Shown piece by piece: positions 62,469 to 64,000 of a stretch of DNA of 64,000 bases; position 1 is the first letter of the stretch; every line of letters begins with the position of its first letter. The position numbers and the translations under genes are program-made. The DNA comes from Candidatus Woesearchaeota archaeon (GTDB lineage: Archaea; Nanobdellota; Nanobdellia; Woesearchaeales; GW2011-AR4), in assembly GCA_016180235.1 (NCBI GenBank), contig JACPBQ010000002.1, positions 2,206-66,205 on the forward strand. Direction: 5' to 3'. The notes below the pieces were generated by a model. That model was not told where the DNA came from. It ran no database searches and saw only the letters and a program-made list of their open reading frames with translations.

Positions 62469-62664
62469 TGGGCCCGAAGGGACTTTCACCAACTGCGAAC
62501 ATAGAGGGGCTGAGCGAGCGTTGCGAGCAGCGAAATGGTGAGCGAGTTTCTTGCGAACCTCGCATCTCACTGCCGCTCGAACGTGCCAGCTGAGTTCTCA
62601 GCTGTGTTGAACCCTTGACCTCCGCCGTGTCGAGGCGACGTCATAGCCACTAGACCACGGGCCC
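62469..62664 (-). tRNA. tRNA-Val(GAC) with a 123-nt GC-rich insertion in the T-loop
   Basis: Minus strand: GGGCCCG..CGGGCCC-A acceptor. D-arm GTC-TAGTGGCTAT-GAC. Anticodon arm TCGCC-TCGACAC-GGCGG (anticodon complement of 62629-62631, C rather than U at position 33). T-stem AAGGG/CCCTT separated by 130 nt that begin with TTCAA. Confidence 0.65.
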
Positions 62665-62712
62665 TTAGAAAAAGAAAAATAAGGCGGTTTATATAAAAAT
62701 ATTGTTATCTGG

Positions 62713-63192
62713 CTAAGCCAAAGATCTCCTTAACGACTGGCCCAGGGGGCTGAAAAAGAAGAGGAAAAATGCTGTGACAAGGCCGAATACGGTCAAAATC
62801 ACTTCCTGCATCACCTGATGGAACCTGGTAAGGTCTCTTGTCGCATCCACGATGTCGGTTTCTGTTATTATCCCAAAAAGCTTGCCGTTTTCAATAACAG
62901 GGAACAGCTTTATTTTCTCTTCCCTGAGTTTTTTTATTATAAAAGCGTAACTTGTGTCTGGATTTATGATGAAAAAATTCTTGCTCATAACATCCTTCAC
63001 TTTGCCTGCTTTTTTGCCGGCAAAGCCCTTGATTATGCTATTTTCGGTTAATATGGCTACTGGCTTGCTGTCCCTTGTCACCATTAGCGTGCTTACATGC
63101 CTGTTCAGCATCAATTTTGCGGCTTCATTGAGGCTTGCAGTTTCTTTGACTGTTACAACGTTTTCCGTCATTATTGTTTTTGCTCTTATCAT
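62713..63192 (-). CDS. CBS-pair domain protein with C-terminal TM helix
   Basis: Two CBS motifs (IMTENVVTV.., VMSKNFFII..GIITETDIV), then VILTVFGLVTAFFLFFF. Confidence 0.75.
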   Translation of the reverse strand: MIRAKTIMTENVVTVKETASLNEAAKLMLNRHVSTLMVTRDSKPVAILTENSIIKGFAGKKAGKVKDVMSKNFFIINPDTSYAFIIKKLREEKIKLFPVIENGKLFGIITETDIVDATRDLTRFHQVMQEVILTVFGLVTAFFLFFFSPLGQSLRRSLA

Positions 63193-63196
63193 TCTT

Positions 63197-63685
63197 TTAC
63201 CTCAAAAACGGGAAGTAATCTATCAGATATCTGTATAATATGAAAACAAAGAACTCGAACAATACAAACAGGACAAGCACAGCATTCTGCAGGTTCCTGT
63301 GGAATCTTATGTTGTCATTCATAGCCTGGACGACCTCATTCTCGCTGATTAAACCGGCAAGATTGCCTTCATTATCCACAACTGGATACCTCCTGAAACC
63401 TTTCGTATCAATTATCTTGTTTGCATTCTCCAGCTTTGAATCCTTGGGTATTGATATTACAGAAGAGCTCATAACTTTTGTAACTTTGGTGTTTGCGCTT
63501 ATTTTTTTTGATGCCATGCTTCTGACCAGGTCTGACTCTGTTATTATGCCTATGGGCTTTTTGTTCTCTGTCACTATGACGCAGCCGTGCGGCTTGTTTG
63601 CCATCAGCTTGGCAGCTTCAGAAATCGTTGCCTCTTTTTTTACTGTAAGCAGATTGGCATTCATTATTTTGCTTATCCTTGCCAT
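63197..63685 (-). CDS. CBS-pair domain protein with C-terminal TM helix (tandem paralog)
   Basis: MARISKIMNANLLTVKK..GIITESDLV..GLISENEVV, then AVLVLFVLFEFFVFILY. I prefer the start at 63685, because the track's longer version would overlap the upstream gene's 3' end. Confidence 0.7.
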   Translation of the reverse strand: MARISKIMNANLLTVKKEATISEAAKLMANKPHGCVIVTENKKPIGIITESDLVRSMASKKISANTKVTKVMSSSVISIPKDSKLENANKIIDTKGFRRYPVVDNEGNLAGLISENEVVQAMNDNIRFHRNLQNAVLVLFVLFEFFVFILYRYLIDYFPFLR

Positions 63686-63767
63686 GCTGGAATTACTGGA
63701 ATGACTGTTTAAAAAGTTTTCTATCGGCTGCAAAATCAGCCGGCACTTTGTGAGACATTCGCTTCGC

Positions 63768-64000
63768 TCAGTCTCCCTGATCAAAACTGCAATAAGCGAT
63801 GGTCGAAGGCGCTCTTCTTCCAACACTGGGGCCGTCAGTAACTCTGAATCCGGCATCAGTCAGGTTTTTCCTTACAATGCTAGCGCAGGAATAAGTTGAG
63901 AGTATCGAATCCTTTTTCATAAGTTTCCTAATGTCAGAAAAAAATTCCTTTGTCCACAATTCCCGGCATTTCTTAGGGGAAAAAGGGTCAAGGAAAACAG
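63768..64000 (-). CDS. MnmC-like (DUF752) SAM-dependent tRNA methyltransferase, N-terminus outside window
   Basis: The reading frame continues to the window edge. DPFSPKKCPELWTKEFFSDIRKLMKKDSILSTYSCASIVRKNLTDAGFRV matches the D-x-F-(A/S)-P-x-K-N-P-E-L-W..TYS signature. Confidence 0.6.
   Translation of the reverse strand, partial: VFLDPFSPKKCRELWTKEFFSDIRKLMKKDSILSTYSCASIVRKNLTDAGFRVTDGPSVGRRAPSTIAYCSFDQGD

Noticed and set aside
63686-63856. 57-codon N-terminal extension of the second CBS protein.
   Set aside because: It would overlap the 3' end of the MnmC-like gene (stop at 63768) and has no CBS-family similarity. The ATG at 63685 begins the conserved domain.

Overview
This is an AT-rich, gene-dense archaeal chromosome segment. 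The archaeal assignment rests on TFB, aIF2-gamma, ribosomal protein eS6, the RFC large subunit, a family-B DNA polymerase, archaeal-type ValRS/GlyRS/IleRS and a Methanococcus-type S-layer protein. Many first genes have a TATA-like box about 27 nt upstream of the ATG, which implies leaderless mRNAs. A small-genome, DPANN-like uncultivated archaeon is my inference only.

Housekeeping content:
- valS (truncated by the window edge), rfcL, glyS, an OB-fold SSB, translin, a bacterial-type aspS and HAM1.
- An ABC-2 exporter, rps6e and aIF2-gamma, polB and ileS.
- A colinear pyrimidine operon, pyrB-I-D-K-C-E-F.
- An Mtq2-kinase fusion, MGMT, tfb, Trm112 and AMP phosphorylase.
- An AI-2E transporter and CBS-domain proteins.

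Accessory-looking content:
- A type IV filament-like locus: RHH protein, a 763-aa FlaI/VirB11-type ATPase and a 723-aa FlaJ/TadC-like platform protein.
- Next to it, two coiled-coil proteins and three paralogous membrane proteins.
- A cell-surface cluster: the S-layer protein plus two C-terminally anchored surface proteins.
- A minus-strand run encoding a histidine phosphatase, SAM methyltransferase, SET-domain protein, DUF2156-like protein and AdoMet decarboxylase.

I saw no rRNA, CRISPR array, transposase or integrase.

The most unusual signals are non-coding:
1. A two-hairpin motif occurs three times, with compensatory stem changes and conserved loop and linker. In two copies it ends exactly at a start codon (ileS, pyrI).
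2. All four tRNA genes (Phe, Ala, Ser, Val) are interrupted in the T-loop. Three share a conserved insertion of about 40 nt. The Phe gene needs five insertions removed to assemble.
3. A 64-nt perfect inverted repeat, embedded in GC-rich multi-hairpin repeat elements, brackets the 6.7-kb segment that carries the pilus ATPase.
4. Two tandem mini-ORFs upstream of AMP phosphorylase re-encode its N-terminus with synonymous changes.
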